Source: Amoeboaphelidium protococcarum X5
Taxonomy: Eukaryota; Fungi; Aphelidiomycota
NCBI GenBank assembly: GCA_023515725.1
Contig: JALDTO010000146.1
Span: 248,001 to 312,000 of the forward strand
DNA: 64,000 bases
Direction: 5' to 3'
This document shows positions 27,978 to 44,216 of the stretch, one piece after another. The stretch's first letter is position 1. Every line of letters begins with the position of its first letter. A model generated the notes under the pieces. That model searched no databases, was not told the origin of the DNA, and was given only the letters and a program-made list of their open reading frames with translations. Made by a program: the position numbers and the translations under genes.

Positions 27978-28457
27978 TATTCTAACTAGAATGTGAAACT
28001 TAATAAAGCAATCTTGACGAATCTGTCTTAAAGTCGATATCAATCTCTTTTATAACTAAAAGGATCATATCAATACGTTAAGTTTACGCGTAGTCTTTGG
28101 CCTTTATTTACACTTGTCAAAATCTATCTCTTGTTCAATTGCATATCCAAGGCAAAGAGAGAAACAAGTACATTAATGGAGAAGAATAGAGCACGTATAA
28201 TAACATCAAGAAGCAACGTCCAACTTTGACACTTTCAGGCTGTAGGAATGATCGTTTTCTTCTGCTTAGCAACGACCGCACGCCATTGTTCTCTCGTTTC
28301 TGATTTGACCAAACACACAACGAAGAAGAAAGATAAACAAAGTCCATCCAGAAAATAGATATCTTTCGTTGTGACTTTACATCAACAACAACAACGACAG
28401 CCTCAGCATAAATATATATTTATATACTTATATTTATCCAAGTGTTTAAATTAAAAA

Positions 28458-30703
28458 ATGTCTGGAAGCAATAGTTAAACTTCTTGGGATAGTAATTTTT
28501 GGGTAAGTTTCCATCTAGTTGTTTCAATCTATTAATGACATACATTGAGATTCCAAATACTTAACGATGATGAGTGTAGGGAGAGGGTAATAAAGGATTC
28601 GCAGTTGTTGATAATAGATTGGAGGAGGGATTTAATTCGCTGAATGAATTTTCAGGATATTTCGGTAATCGTGCCAAGCTGGAGACTGAGTATGCAACCC
28701 ATCTGGAGGCATTGGCCAAGAGTTCTGCTTTCAAGGCAGATCATGGTACTCTTAAGGCTGTGCTGGACAAGCTGATTGTCACAACTCATCAACTGAATGA
28801 GATGCATTTATCATTTGCCAAGAAACTCATCCAAGATGTCGATGTTCCGCTGGGCAAGTTTAAGAATGCACAGCGTCAGTTGAAGAAGCACCATGAGGCA
28901 GAGATGGATAAGGCGACCAAGAATGTCCAGAAGGAGGTGCTTAATGTGGACAAGTTGAAGAAGGATTACTATGCCAAGTGCAATGCCATGAAAGCTGCTG
29001 TACAGACTGCTGCCAAAGGTCAGACTGATCGTATGACCAAGAAGGAGTATGAGAAGATTCAGGAGAAGGCTATCAAGGCCAAGAAAGATGTGGACACCTC
29101 CGAGTTGGAATATAAAAATGCCGTCAAGAAGTATGAGCAGGCACAGGATGTCTGGGATGAGAAAATGGCTCAGGCTGCATAGGAGATTTAGCGCAATGAG
29201 AATGAACGTCTTGCTTTGATAAAGTCCACTCTGGCCAACATTTTGGATGCCCAATTGAAGATGATTAGTGATGCTCATGTGAAGAACATCAGCGATCTTC
29301 GCTAGTCTGTAGAGTCTATCAATGTGGATACCGATATGAATGAGTGGATGAATAAGAATAAGACTGGAGATGTGAAGGCTGTGCGTATAAAGTTTGAGAG
29401 TTTCTTTGGTGATGTTGCACCGAAGAAGGCTGCCATGATCCGCTCCTCCAGTCAGCGAGGTGGATTGAATGGCAGTCAGGGCGACTTGCTGTCTTAGACT
29501 TCATCCCAGGCCGGCATTAATCGCAGCAAGACTAATTTGCTGTCGAGCATTAAGGCAGCTAAAGAGAATGAATCCAATGCTGCTCTCCACGCTAGTGGTA
29601 GTAGCTCTAATGTGAAGGCTGCACTGGCTGCTCACTTGCTTTAGAGCTAGAACTCTTCTTCTGGTGCTGCGATTAGTGAAAATGATGTCAGTCGTGCACG
29701 TTTCTCTTTGAAGAATTTGAGCATTGCAGGTAACAATAACTAATCCAATTCGAATTTGAGCTCACCTCTATCTGCAGTCGCGGCAGTGGCAGAGAGGCCG
29801 CAGTCAGAAGAGTAGCCATCACGATAGGCTGAGGCCGCCCCGGAAAATTCTCAAAAGTAGGAGGAATCCAGCGATAAAGCCCCTGCTGCTAGTAAGAATG
29901 AGAAAGTGGAACAAGTCAAAGCTGCCGGCGAAAGTGCTAGAAAGCTCACTATTGAGACTCAATAACGTCCGACTGATCTTGTAAAGGACGTTGTAGCTGC
30001 TGAGGAGTAGCAATAGCAATAAGAGACAGCCAAGGCTGCAAAAGATGCTGAAGATTCTTAAAATACTGCTGCAGCTGCTGAAAATAAGAGACAGTCTGCA
30101 TTAAAGACCGGTGACTCTGGATTTGGTGCATCTCCAATGACTGCCAGTGTATCTGCTCAAGCTTAGAAATTTGAGCAGGCCGCTTAGTCTCATTCTGCTG
30201 CTACTGCCACATCTCCTATTAGAGAGACAGCGCCTCAGTTGAGTGCTAGCGAGAAGAAGCCTGCCGAGTAGTAGCAATCCTCAGAGTAAAGTGCGAAGGC
30301 GTAGAATCCTCAAGTTGCTGCTGTAGCTGCAAAGGAGCGCGTGTTCACCAGACGATCCATCAAGATGGAAGGATGGATGGATGTGTGTGACGATAGCAAC
30401 AAACAGTGGGTCAAGCGTTGGTGTGCTCTAGAAGGTGGCTATATCTGGTTTTTTGAAGATCAGGCAGATAACAGTAAACCATAGGGAATGAATAAGCCTA
30501 AATCTATGGCCAGCGTGGCCAAGAGTACTCTATCTAGAGGTAATCAGGTGCAAGGTTGGGAAGTGCCAGATGTTGCTGCAAAAGGTCCTCATCTTTTGAC
30601 TCTGAATGTTGGCGGCAAGAGACAGATGCTCCTCTCGTGCACTGATGAAGATGACTGCAACTACTGGTACGAGCAGATTGACTCTGTGATTAAGAAGAAG
30701 TGA
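28458..30703 (+). CDS. F-BAR domain protein (Cdc15/PSTPIP-like) with C-terminal PH domain, intron 28503-28579
   Basis: NFW|GEGNKGF across the splice, RAKLETEYA and long coiled coils. The C-terminus (KMEGWM..WVKRWCAL..CTDEDDCNYWYEQI) is a PH fold. Confidence 0.85.
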
Positions 30704-31019
30704 GTATTTGAGTTTTACCCGCTGCGTACAGTATTAATTTGTTGTTTGAGTAATTGATTGATATCCGCGATGAGAGATGAAGATGGTAATGATGATGATG
30801 AAGCTATGAGAGAATATAAAAATGTTTTAAAAAGTGGATCTTTGTTTTGATCATTTGTATCATAGTAGTAGTTTTACAATACGCGTCTTGCTCTGGTTTT
30901 ATGCTTATTGAAACACGACTAGGTAGTAAGGGGGCCTTTATCGATTATAGTCTCCATTTCCAGCAGATAAAGGATCTAAAAGGAATTGAGGATAACAAAC
31001 AGGCAATTTCTGGTGTGGT

Positions 31020-32369
31020 ATGGTCAACTTTAATGTCATAAATTCAGCTTTGTTATTGCTATAATTTGGATCGCTCCTCTTTGTGATTATACATAGTGCC
31101 CTCAGTGTGGCCAATAATTCACGATTTACTGACAATGAAGGGGAATATGCTTTAGAATCAGTCACGAAATTCAATAAAAGTCTTGTTAATAATAATAACA
31201 GAAATAATGATTTGCGTTATATGCGATAAGATTTTGGATAATTACCGCCTATTTAGTACCTAAATAATAATAATGATGATGACTAGTGGTAGCGTGATGT
31301 GAATGCTACCGTTCATAGGAGAGTTGTAAATGAAAGAGCGGATGATCGCGTTCTGGATAATCTTAGTCTTTATGCAGAGCTAAGCGTGGTATCTTCACAC
31401 TGTCTGCATGATGCGTGTCTTGGTAATTTTGCTCACTGTCTCCATCGTTTATTTAAAAAGAAATTACTAACTGGTCGTTTATTAAATAGAGGACACAGCA
31501 AGTTTACTGTGCTTTAGAAGATTTCCACGTATGATCAAGAGTGGCTGGCAGGCGGGGAGGCGCTGATTGGTTCAGTGACTGCGGCTGACTAGAAGAAGGC
31601 CATTGTAATATCTTTCCATGGCAGCACTCGACTCTCAGACTGGTTGAATGATTTCGCAATATGGTAATCTTAGTACGTACCTATATCCGGGAAGGATCTA
31701 TCCATTACAACTGAGAAGATTGATCAAAATCTTGTTAAGGCAAAAGTCCATTCTGGTATCTGGGCTATATACCTGAAATTGCGACAGTCAGTAATAGAGG
31801 CGATTAAGCGCATTCTTAAATCTTCAAACTTCATGAAAAAGTATACCTCAATTAGAATTACAGGCCATTCGTTAGGTGGAGCTCTCTCTTACTTTTTGAT
31901 GCTGGATTTGGCCGTTCTGAAAATTGAATATGCAGAATTTCAGGGTGTAGATCTGATTGACATTTATCTTTATGGAACGCCTAAAGTCGGCAATAAATGG
32001 TTTAATATATATGCTTATTCTGTGCTTAATCAGCTGAAAGACAGTATTGTCATAAATCGCGTGGTTCATGCCAATGATGTGGTTCCTAGACTGCCACCAA
32101 CGTCGCTCGGCTATTTGAACTATCTTGACGGCCGTAACGGGACTTTCTACTGGCTTGATGGTAGTGGAACAGCCCATAAATGCGTCCATTTGTAGAAGAG
32201 CTATACTTCATCCATATATTATTCTGGAATAAATCAGTTGGATACTTTGTAAATGGGTAGATCGTCCTTCGATCGAATGTGCCGTTTTCATGGCTGGACC
32301 AGGCGCGGCCATTCGAGTTATTTCACAAAGCAGTGGCTGATTAAGAAGGAGTGCAAGAAGCTAAAGTGA
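31020..32369 (+). CDS. Secreted class 3 lipase
   Basis: Hydrophobic N-terminus; ISFHGS; KVHSG; ITGHSLGG nucleophile; YGTPKVGN; RVVHANDVVPRLPP; C-terminal His (GHSSYF). Confidence 0.9.
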
Positions 32370-32674
32370 CCACAAAGTAAAATTTTATTCGATATTTTCA
32401 ATATACGTTTTAATCTTTTGACCTTGTTATTACCTTTATTAAAGTCTTGATATTTTATCATCACTGAATGGATGACTGACTCTCTTGACTATCCATGCGG
32501 TCTCGGATGATCTGATCGCCTCTTTGATAAGCCACCGTGAGAGAATTACTCGGAAATTCATTAACCTGGCCAGCCATTCTGAAAGTGACTCTTGTCTTCT
32601 TCTATTTAAAGACCATCTTACAATATTGCTCTATCTAAGAATATCCCAATTCAGATAGTAGCTAACATTGGATC

Positions 32675-34156
32675 ATGTATCATATTGCGAAGATCCTATT
32701 ATTCGCTGCATGCTACCTCTCAGAGCAAATTGCTTTCCAGTCTCAGTCTAATATGGTGTTGAGTGACATTGCTGCTGAAAGGTACGCTAGGGAGCCTGTT
32801 GATGGTAGTTATCAGCGATTCGTTATTGGTAGTCATATTGGGCCATTCGATGCTGATTATGCTTCTTATGACTCCACTGTTGAATCCTCGCACGGTAAGG
32901 TTGGTGGACAGCTGGTAAAACCTCCAAGCAGATTGCATGTGACTGTTCCGTTGAATGGTTTACGCGCTGAAGATGGTGGTAATGACGAGTTTAATCCTGA
33001 GTCATCAAAGCGTAAAAAGCGTTCTGTTGCCATATTTTTAGGTGGTATGATTGGACTGGTTCCCATCTACTGGTACTATGATGCGATGGCGCGTCTAAGT
33101 ATTGCAGGTGACGGTATGGTGGTTGTGGCTCTGGATATGCTGACTGAGTTCCCGCAGAGCTATGTGGGTGTTGCGGGTGTTGTGGATAAAGTCTAGCAAT
33201 GGATTGAAGGTGGTCATTTGTAGGAGTACATTGAACGTGAACTTGGTGTGGAATATGCTCTTAACATTGATACGTTCAACCTGATGTCTCATTCCAGCGG
33301 TGCTTAGTCTATGATATACTTGTGGAAGCGCAAGTTACAGAATGGATACAGATATAATTCACTACTGTTGTGGGATCCTGTTGATGCTATGGGTGAGTAC
33401 AAGGACATTGAGGATGCCGACGTCCAAGGTATCGAATTGCCGCCGCCAGTGCTGGATCCATCCAATGCTGACCAGTTTAAAGATCACGACACTCCATTCT
33501 TCATTGTGTCTACTGGCCTTTGCCACTTGCCAAGTATCAACATCAAACCGCCAAAGTTTGTTCGTGACAAGCTGCGCAAATGGTTGCCTCCTATTTTCGA
33601 CCTGGACAAGAGCGTGGTGCCCGCATGCTGTCCTGACAAGCTTGGACCCGAGAGATTCTACAAGGCTCTATCTGGTCATTAGTCAAAGCTATTCGCCGGT
33701 TACCAAGATGTGAATAGCAAGTATAATGGAAATGCTTCAGATTTAGTTTTGACCGGTCATGCCACTGGCTATCACTTGAACATTACTCATATTGGTCATT
33801 GTGATGTGTTGGATGATTTTTGGAGTTTTGCAAGTAACCAGCTGAAGATGTGCCGAACTATTATACAGGACAGACTGAAGACGCATAAGTGGTTTTCACC
33901 TGATGATCCGAGTGGAGATCATTACGGCGGCCTTGAGGGATATAAGCGTGCTCATAAGCTGAGTGATTTCAGAATGGCTTTCAGTTCTTCTACCGCTGCA
34001 TTCCTGGATTATATTAACGAGGATTCAAGTAAAAAGTTGAAGTCATCAGCTAAGCAGTATCTCGATCGCTTATTTGCCTCCGATTCCAATGCTGAACATG
34101 AGACTAAGCGTGAAAGTATTGAATCTCGTACCCGCAGGGCATACATCAATAACTGA
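32675..34156 (+). CDS. Secreted alpha/beta hydrolase, chlorophyllase-like
   Basis: Signal peptide; IFLGG oxyanion region; MSHSSGA nucleophile; WDPVDAMG; PACCP; GHCDVLDD. These parallel the chlorophyllase GHSxGG / DPVDG / CAP / GHxDxLDD motifs. 494 codons. Confidence 0.65.
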
Positions 34157-34426
34157 TTTTATAAAAAGAAGGAATCGTATTGGTTGGAATATCATTTCTG
34201 GTTGTATAAATTGATTTGATACGTGTAACAAGTGTACAAGAGAAGATAGTAAATGGTAAAAATTTTATTCCAGTTCTTGAATTTTTATATACTCCTATAA
34301 CTTAGCCATTGATCATTTTCTCTAAAGTATCACTACAGATAATTCAACGTTATCTTGATCATTGTCCGCGTAATCAGATAACTCCCTATAGATGAAGAGA
34401 TCGCGGCAGCCCCGATTTCAAGGAGA

Positions 34427-35368
34427 ATGAGCATATAATCTTCGCGCGCGATTAGTTAAAAGTTACCAAGTTATATTACTGTAAAAGTAGAGATGGATAC
34501 AGACGAAGAGAAACGGTTGATATATGAGAAGCTGGAAAAATCAGAGGCTGTTGCGCGAAAAGAGGTTGAAGCCGTTTAATCCTATGAGAATCTTCTGATA
34601 TGGCAGATTTTGAACAATGATGTGGTGGCAGGCAAGTATCATTTCCCATCGCCCGATTTCCCACTTACACCTGGCATGACGTGTAAACCGCCGGATATAC
34701 CTTTTGTAATATATGATAACGTTATCAAAACTCGACAATATCCTTAAATGTCAAAGCTGCGTAAAAATAAGGACGTGACAGAGGAAGAGCCAGTCCCCAG
34801 GCTTCCCATCTATCAGTTTAGAAAAATGATAAAAATGGAGCTGCCATCTTACAGATACCTCCGCAAGTCAAGCAGCTTTGCATATCAAGATAATCTCAGA
34901 AATTAGTTGAATTTAAAGTACGCTAAGCAGAAGTGTTGCACTACATGCCGCTTACCAGTTGACTATTATTAAAATCAACACGAGTATGGTGAGACCGTGT
35001 AAGTTCATGAGGCAGTTTTGGAAATGCTTTATCATGCAAAGGATCGCTTCTCTACCCGCAATAATAACAATAGAAATACGTCGACAATGGATCATTCTAA
35101 ACGTAAAAGACAAGCAGAAACTGATAATGAAGGTGGTTGGCAGGAGGAGGAATTCGAGCGATACAAGCACGTCGAAGCTGATATAATTGCACTTGATGTC
35201 ATAGCTGATCAGGGTGTATCAATGTTTTAGTAGTGTGAAGTAAAGGGCAAATTGTGCTATCCCTGCTTTTATCTTCGCATTAAACGCGGCTATTATCGTC
35301 ATTATTAAGGTGATAAAGAAGCTCTAGCTGCAGATTTGAAGATATATGGTAAAAGCCTGCCTCTTTGA
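34427..35368 (+). CDS. Hypothetical protein with Cys pairs; 3' structure uncertain (possible intron 35349-35410)
   Basis: 314-codon frame under TAR=Gln including track ORF 35018. Contains CCTTC and CYPC. No recognisable family. Confidence 0.45.
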
Positions 35369-35603
35369 CTTTGCTATATACATTATGTTGATATTTTTTG
35401 AATTGTGTAGAGTAATCAGATTTCTTTTATCTAACACCAGTAAACCGATGTTTCACAATTGAGCCTTGTATTTTCCATAACGTTGAAACTACTGTAAGCT
35501 CCAAGTTTTGTTCCCCTCTTCACACTTAACAACAGAAACGCGACGCGCCTCTATTCTGTACTTTCTGTGAGTAATCGACAGGTGATAAATCTGATTGTTT
35601 AGA

Positions 35604-37352
35604 ATGCTAGGACAGGTTCATACTATCTAAGATAACAATTAAGATGAAAGATTATGCAAGAGGATACGGTTGCATTATGATCAAGAATAAGGATTTGTTG
35701 CAACGGCTCCAGAGTCTGAGAGCGACACCGAGTCAGAGTGCTCTGATCACAAGTAGTAGGATGCGATTGGCGGTCAAGATCCTCCATCGCCAGCATCTAA
35801 ATACGATGATATTACATCTAGTGATGTGGATTAGGCAATTGGGTATTAATCATAAATTTAAATTCAGCCAGATATCGATTTTGAGGAGGAATTCCGCCAT
35901 GTGTTTGAGGATGATGAAGATGATCTATTGCTATTGCACGCCGATAACTATTTTGATTTAGAAGGGGCGTTGGATTGTGATTTCGATGAGCTGGAAAGAC
36001 TTGCAACTAATGTGTGGACTGGCCGAGAGAAGGATTAGCTTTATCATTGTCTGAGATAGTATCCTCAGTGGAATATCACAAAATATGAGTAAATCATCAG
36101 GACCAAGACCGCGTCTGAAATTGAAAAGTATCTTAATCTACTTCGACGCGGATCTCTAGCTGTTGGAATGCCAGTTGAGCAGGAAGAAGCGTGTGATGAT
36201 CTGTCCTGTGAAAGTGATGGAGAAAATTAACAGAGTGATGAAGATGAATTAGAGAGCAGGATGGAAACCTGGAAAATTAGAGATGACATCATGGGCAAGA
36301 GGTCAAGTATAATGCCATCAGACCAAGAATGGCACTATGTTGGCAGAGAGTATGATTTGGCTGAGGAACGCGCTGCCTATCTCGTCTCGAAACAAGAAGA
36401 ATGGGAAGCGATCAAGATGGAGCGGCTGCGAAACGGTCTGAGTGTTCAATTCGCGTCAAACTGGCGACAGCTTGTCGAACACAAAGAGTACGAGCGCATT
36501 AAGCAAGATCCTCATTTCATTTACAAGGACCACAATTCGTATCTGGTGTATTCTAATCAGTAGTATAACCAGATCGCTCCTGAAGATCAGTACAAATTTT
36601 TCCGTGGGTGGATTTATAAGAATATAGAATCGGATCATCGTCATCCTGAAGTTACCTATTACGCCGAGAAATTCTTGGGCGCGCAGTCTGATGACCAGGT
36701 TGACAGCGACGACGATGAAGAAGAAACATTGTAGTAGAAGCCGACTAGAAAGGTTGTTAAGAAGACGGCTAAGAAGTCTAAGAAATAGTCAAACTTGAAG
36801 GCGAACAAAAAGGCGGCTGTAATATCTCCGTATATTGATATCTTTTATATCAATAACTTGAAACAGCTGGCGCGTTTTGTGTTCATTAATCACCCAGATG
36901 CCCATATCTTGGAAGAGTCGTTCATCTATATGTTCATGGCGCTGATTGAAGACTTTATAACTCCAATGCTGCACATTCTAAGTGGCCAGGATTTAGAGTA
37001 TTTGCAAATGTATTCTGATAGGCACACTACGCGACACTATTCAATGACAAACTTGAAAAGGAGGACTCAGTTTACAATTGATCGTTAAATGATTGAAGAT
37101 GGTTTATATGCATTGCAGTTGAATAGAAAAAGTTGTTATTGCAAATCTCCAGTTCATACGCGACTTGGTCCATTAATTTAGCGTTGGATATCAAAATTAG
37201 CAAAGCCGAAGCGGCCAATAGAATACTCTGAAGGGAATATCGAGTAATTTATGGATGAAAGAACTGACTTCCGACGGTATCTATAATAACATCTGACTGT
37301 GCGGTCTGAAGAAGATATTGAAGAAGATGACTAAAGCACCGAGTAAGATTGA
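35604..37352 (+). CDS. SANT/Myb-domain protein, Rrn5-like (RNA polymerase I UAF subunit)
   Basis: Acidic N-terminus; WTGREKDQLYHCLRQY..IRTKTASEIEKYLNLL SANT motif; C-terminal helical region compatible with a histone fold. TGA at 37350-37352. Confidence 0.5.
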
Positions 37353-37438
37353 TGATCTTTTTGTACAATAAATATAAAGTTGCTTTTCTAAAGTTATTAT
37401 TCAGCCGCCATGGGGACTGGTTATCATCAATCTTTCAT

Positions 37439-38947
37439 TCAATCTATGACTTCTGTTAAGCCCCATTTTACCTTTTCATATTCGCTAATCACCTCACCAC
37501 CACCAAAGTTCCAGACATAGACTTTTTAGTCAAAAGAACTACTGACGATGCGGCTGCCATCAAATCTAAGATTCCAAACAGGCGCCAAATGCTTTCGAAG
37601 AGAGTATAAGAGAGTGCCTTGGGAAAGAGACCAGACTTTTATGGTTTTATCGCTAGATCCACTGACAATCTTGTCTTTGTCAACTTATAGAGTAACAATA
37701 TCGTCTTCATGGCCGACCAATGTTTGAGACTTTGTCAAGTCCTTTCTACTCCAAACTGTTATGACTTTGTTTGTGCCGGCAGCGATAATAAAGCTGTCGT
37801 TCATTTCTAGGCAGTAAACTTTGCTGTCGTTACCCTCAAGACGCAGTGTTTCGCAATGATCATAATCCTCTCTATTCCAAACACGAATACTTCCATCACA
37901 GCTTCCACTAACGATATATTCATCGTCTAGGGATACACAAGTTACAGCGTCGATATGACCAGTTAAAGTAGCAAGGCACTAACCAGATCTGATATCCCAG
38001 ACGCGTACATCATGATCTGAAGACCCAGATACAATGATGTTAGAATCAAAGTTCACACATTCAACTTCTTTAGTATGGCCTATGTACGTTTACAAACACT
38101 GCGCATCATCAATTTTCCACAATTTTACAGTGCAATCTGATCCTCCGGTAACTAAGAGGCCATTCTAACCAAATTTAACCGCAGATATAATACCTTAATG
38201 ACCGACCAAGGTGCTAATCGGATGACCAGATCTGGTGTCCCATAATTCAGCAACTGATGGCCTGTCTGAAATCGGGGAAACGGATAAGGCGCGGTCGAGT
38301 TCAGAGGACACTTGTACGCAGATTTCGCTGTCAACACCCCCTGGCGGTAACTATCGCCGCTACTGCTTCTACTTTACAGCCGTCTCTACAATATATCTAC
38401 CACGTTTCCAATTGATCTCGGTCAGATAATTCTCAATCAGAATCTTCTTCCACGGAGCTCTTGAGTGAAACAGGGAAGGCGAGGTGGATAATACTAGAGT
38501 ATTCGGCACAGAATTACGATATCGCGCAGTAATAATAACAGATTTTTAGTCCATCTGAGTACTCTTTTAAGCATGCATCAGTAATCGCCAATGTTGAATC
38601 GGACGGTAGTTTTATTGCTTACATACCAACTTCCAAATCTCTTCGTTATTCTCAATCACACCACGCCATTGTCTTGAAACAATCAGGCAGGCGGCAAGAT
38701 CAGAGGCACCCAAATTGGCCAATATTAACACGGCCAATTCTACTGGCAGTTTTGATACATAATCAATTTTTATATAATCTTATTTCATCTCCCCTTCCAG
38801 CTCTGATGTAGTAATTATTCCAGATAGAGATTAGTCTTAGGTGGGATGAGACTATTAATCAGTCAGCAAAGTATCTGGCACTAGACCAAACAGCGCCTGT
38901 AAAGACTTTGACATTTACGAAAATTGGCCATACACACTATTTATCAT
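37439..38947 (-). CDS. F-box/WD40 protein (Cdc4/beta-TrCP/Met30-like); start uncertain
   Basis: F-box IDYVSKLPVELAVLILANL..VSRQW, then WD repeats (TGGSDCTVKLWK, GSSDHDVRVWD, GSCDGSIRVWN, GSSDKTIKVWS). Confidence 0.88.
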
Positions 38948-39396
38948 TTGCAAAGACTAATTGAAACTTGCTTAAACTAAGATATCTGATGATTAAATGT
39001 GAGTTACTTAAAGTTAGATGCAAAAGGTCAAACATCATGTGATCAAAGCTATTTTCGATTCCAATTCAAGCCGACAGTACTTTAGCAATCGATCATCCTC
39101 GACTGGAATCAAAATACAAAGAATATGTAATTCTTCAGAACAGACTGTAGAATACTTGGTTCTGATAAAATACAGTATGCTTTTATATATAGTGAAGCGA
39201 TGTTCAAGCGACACAGGTAAATTGGGAAATGTAATCTTGAAACTGCCATTCACAGTCACCGCGCGTTTGATTGTTTCAAGACGAATTTTCACGCCCACGA
39301 TTTGCTCCAAATGGGAGTAAAGCGCCGAGCTGAATTAAACTGTGTCGGCGTTCCGTTTCTCTTCTTAAAAGAACAGTAAAGTGCGATCGATCAGAG

Positions 39397-40956
39397 ATGA
39401 CCAATATGGACAATGAATTGAATGCTCTTCTTCTACCAAAGCAAGACTAAAGTTAAAGACACCGTAATTTGAAGTATATTCGATGGATTGTATTACTATT
39501 AGCGTGTCTTCTACTCTTTGGAAACTATTACTGCTATGACATTCCAGCCGCGTTGAATGTCTAATTGCGGTAGTACATTGGTCATCCGTATGATGAGTGG
39601 TAGTTTGAATTTAATTCGCTGTATACCGCATACTCTTTCCCTAATCTTATACTGCCTATATTTGGCGGTATTATGGTGGACAGAATGGATTCGAATCGTA
39701 TATTATTAATATTCTCGGTGCTTGTACTAGTCGGCACCTCTGTGTTTACCGTGGGAAGTCTTTAGAAGTTGTATTGGGTAATGATAGTGGGACGGGCCTT
39801 ATTCGGTATAGCAGGAGAGTCCCTAGAGGTGGCATAGGCCAAGATTACCACAGATTGGTTCCAAGATCATTCTCTTGGTCTCGCTTTGGGATTTAATCTT
39901 ACGGTCGCGCGTCTGGCCACAGCTCTAAATGATATTATAAGTCCAGCTATATTCAGTTCTTTTAATCTTGCGTCAGCTTTGTGGTTTGGTACTATAACAT
40001 GTTTGTTTAGCCTCTTTTGTGGTCTTTTATTAGCTTGGATTAATGGTAAATATTACAAATTTATTGATAAAGAGAAAGACTCTACCTACTATGATACTAA
40101 GGAAGATGCTGTAGATTGTCTTGGATTGCGTAAAGACGAATCAGTGTCAACTCTATGCTCAACTGAATAGAGTTACTAGACATAAAGTGGAAATTGTGTA
40201 TTATAGTAGTAGCAATAAAATGATGACAATGATGACTCTTCTATTAGTTGCTCAGTGATGAAAGATGATGATAGTTGCGCGAGTGAGTAGACTATGTAAG
40301 ACTTACCTCAGTCAGAATCTATGGAAGGTGCTGTACATTTAAAAGATTTGTATAATTTACCTCTCTCATTCTGGATTCTTTGTTTAACTATCATTGCTTA
40401 TTATGGCGCAGTTAATCCATTCATTCATATACTATCAGATTTGCTTCAACTTAGATGGTATCATGACGATGTATAGACCGCTGGGACAGTGATGGCAATT
40501 CCGGATATAGTCAGTGCAATAGGATCCCCGCTCTGTGGATGGCTTTTGGATTTTGTAACGCGTCGGCGGTTTGGCTCTCAAGTAGTAAGATCTATATTTT
40601 TGCCTATATCTGGACTTCTCCTAGTTCTGGTGCATTATCTGATCGGATTTACCAGTGTTGATCCCAGAATATCCCTCTTCATCCTCGGAACTTCATACTC
40701 AATATTTGGCGCGTCAATGTGGCCTCTAGTTCCCCACCTGGTTGAGAATTCAGCTTTTCTGGGGACTGCGTATGGCATCAGCACAGTCGCTATGAATGTT
40801 GCGCTTACCTTTGTTCCTCTTGTTATTGCGAAAATCTTGGCCACCAATTCATACAAGGAAGTGTCCATGTTCTTCATTGCTCTATCATCCGTTGGCGTTC
40901 TCTTGAGTATCATGGTCGGCATTGTAGACTTTAGACGTCGTGTTAATAGCAGTTGA
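39397..40956 (+). CDS. MFS transporter, MFSD1-like lysosomal/vacuolar peptide transporter
   Basis: FGNYYCYDIPAAL, YSFPNLILPIFGGIMVD, GRALFGIAGESL, MWPLVPHLV..LGTAYG; 12-TM pattern. Confidence 0.88.
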
Positions 40957-41419
40957 TGTTCATTATAAGATGGTACATATATTAGGTCGAATTCGCTATT
41001 GTTGTTGTAGATATCGCATAGAACGTTAAAGGCGTATTGTACATCTCGGAGACAATGCTATTATGAGCCTGCCTTGAAACGCTCCACCAACCCTCTATCT
41101 GTGAGCCAATTTTCTTAAATCAATCGGCAGCTATTTTTACTCCAACTTAGATTTCTAGCAACTCCTTGGAAGTATTCATTTCATTAAAATTGAGTGATGT
41201 GATATTTTTAGCCTTCATCATTAATTGTTGTGTTGTTACAGCTACCACATTTATATTTTTGCGGTTGAGAGGCAGACTCTATCTTTTGATTGTATTCGCT
41301 ATTAATACATCATATATACTCTCTGTTGATATTGTGACCGAGTCAACTAATATTGCTTTATTGACAAGTCTCTTGCATTGATTAAGATTGATTAATAAAA
41401 GGATTTCTGAATACTGAAA

Positions 41420-43738
<2,319 letters not shown>

Positions 43739-44216
43739 AGATGCCGTTTGGTCAGTTGTGTGTTAGTCAAATGATTAAATCAATGAGGAACAGTGAGGAT
43801 GAAGTAGGTGTGATGATGAATATATATTTTAGTGCTATAATCTTCCCTATAAGAGAGCAATGATGTGGTAGATTTTCACAGTCAATCACTCGACTCGACG
43901 GTCCCAAATCATTCAATGACAGTTCACGACTTTATAGTGCCTCAAATTACGTGAGTCTGCTTCACCTTTCTATGTGACTGTGCTCTGTGCAACACCAATT
44001 TCTCGTGAATGCAACAGCATGATTTTGAGTGGCCAATCAGAGACAATTGCAGGTGCCACATAGATTAATATCAGCCAAGCATTTAATTTTCCGTGATCAA
44101 CGAGTAACATAGACTTGAGCTACCCATCCGGCACTTCCTTTGTCCTGTGATACAATCGTCTTTATATTCACATTCTACTGATAAAAGATACAGATTATAT
44201 ATATACATTACTAGAT

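Noticed and set aside
39035-39310. 91-aa minus ORF in frame with the F-box gene
   Set aside because: Separated from it by TGA at 39035, non-ATG start, and no supported intron.
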